A DNA stretch of 63,872 nt, the filler included, from Phoronis australis (lineage: Eukaryota; Animalia; Phoronida): NCBI GenBank assembly GCA_002633005.1. It is 7 parts of 7 records of this genome, joined end to end, with 100 filler letters (N's around TTAATTAATTAA, not from the genome) between each part and the next. Parts side by side here need not be neighbours in the genome. Positions count along the whole stretch, not along the records: positions 61,932 to 63,872 come from NMRA01003903.1; 6 more parts are not named here. One strand, written 5' to 3'. The notes beneath the pieces were generated by a model, which was given only the letters and a program-made list of their open reading frames with translations, made no database searches and was not told the DNA's origin. A program made the translations under genes and the position numbers. Of the stretch, positions 63,534-63,872 are shown piece after piece (position 1 is the first letter of the stretch; the number at the start of each line of letters is the position of its first letter).

Positions 63534-63872
63534 GTAAGAGACTGAATATTTTAAACCCATGTTTGACTCCAATGTGTTTCCCAACTGCTTTATCTGAATG
63601 ATCCGTTGGATTTAACTTTTAGTAACAATATGAAGGAGTATGGATTAATGGTGATTCAAGGAGACGCAATACACGCAAACACTTTAACTTTGTTTTAAAG
63701 AGGCCTGGAATGCGATAAACTAATAACAATATTGAAAGTGGTTCTCTGCCACTGAAACAGAATTCAACCTCCTCACCAGGTAATTTTAGGATTTGTTGGC
63801 CAGGTACAGATTATAATTTCTGTTAGATAGTTTCAAATTTGAAAAAATGACCTTTGAAGTGGCGAGCGATTT

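Overview
Eukaryotic (animal) genomic scaffold: AT-rich, intron-rich and dense in DNA transposons, with N gaps, several carrying a TTAATTAATTAA assembly linker. The repeat and gene content suggests a marine invertebrate, possibly a deuterostome (inference only). Genes reconstructed by hand from splice sites and reading phase: (1) the last two coding exons of a caspase (+, 1-2539); (2) a complete 10-exon, 457-aa M14A carboxypeptidase homolog with signal peptide (-, 20293-37027) whose zinc ligand His69 and substrate residues Arg127, Asn144 and Tyr248 (bovine CPA1 numbering) are replaced, making it a probable secreted pseudopeptidase and the most notable item here; (3) two orphan exons of UPF0489/C5orf22 (+, 40308-40837); (4) a divergent CTHRC1 C-terminal-domain exon (-, 43653-43854); (5) UBE2G2 lacking only its first exon (-, 50744-56184); (6) the first coding exon (FERM domain) of a JAK-family kinase (+, 62935-63533). 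Mobile DNA includes a Kolobok-like element with TTAA TSD and two partial copies, a THAP element with a nested 9-bp-TSD insertion, a fold-back THAP element, a Helentron-type (HINE) element, several MITE families (one with 5-bp TSDs in three copies) and tRNA-derived SINE-like heads. No CRISPR array, rRNA or intact tRNA was seen. All family assignments come from motif recognition, not database searches.
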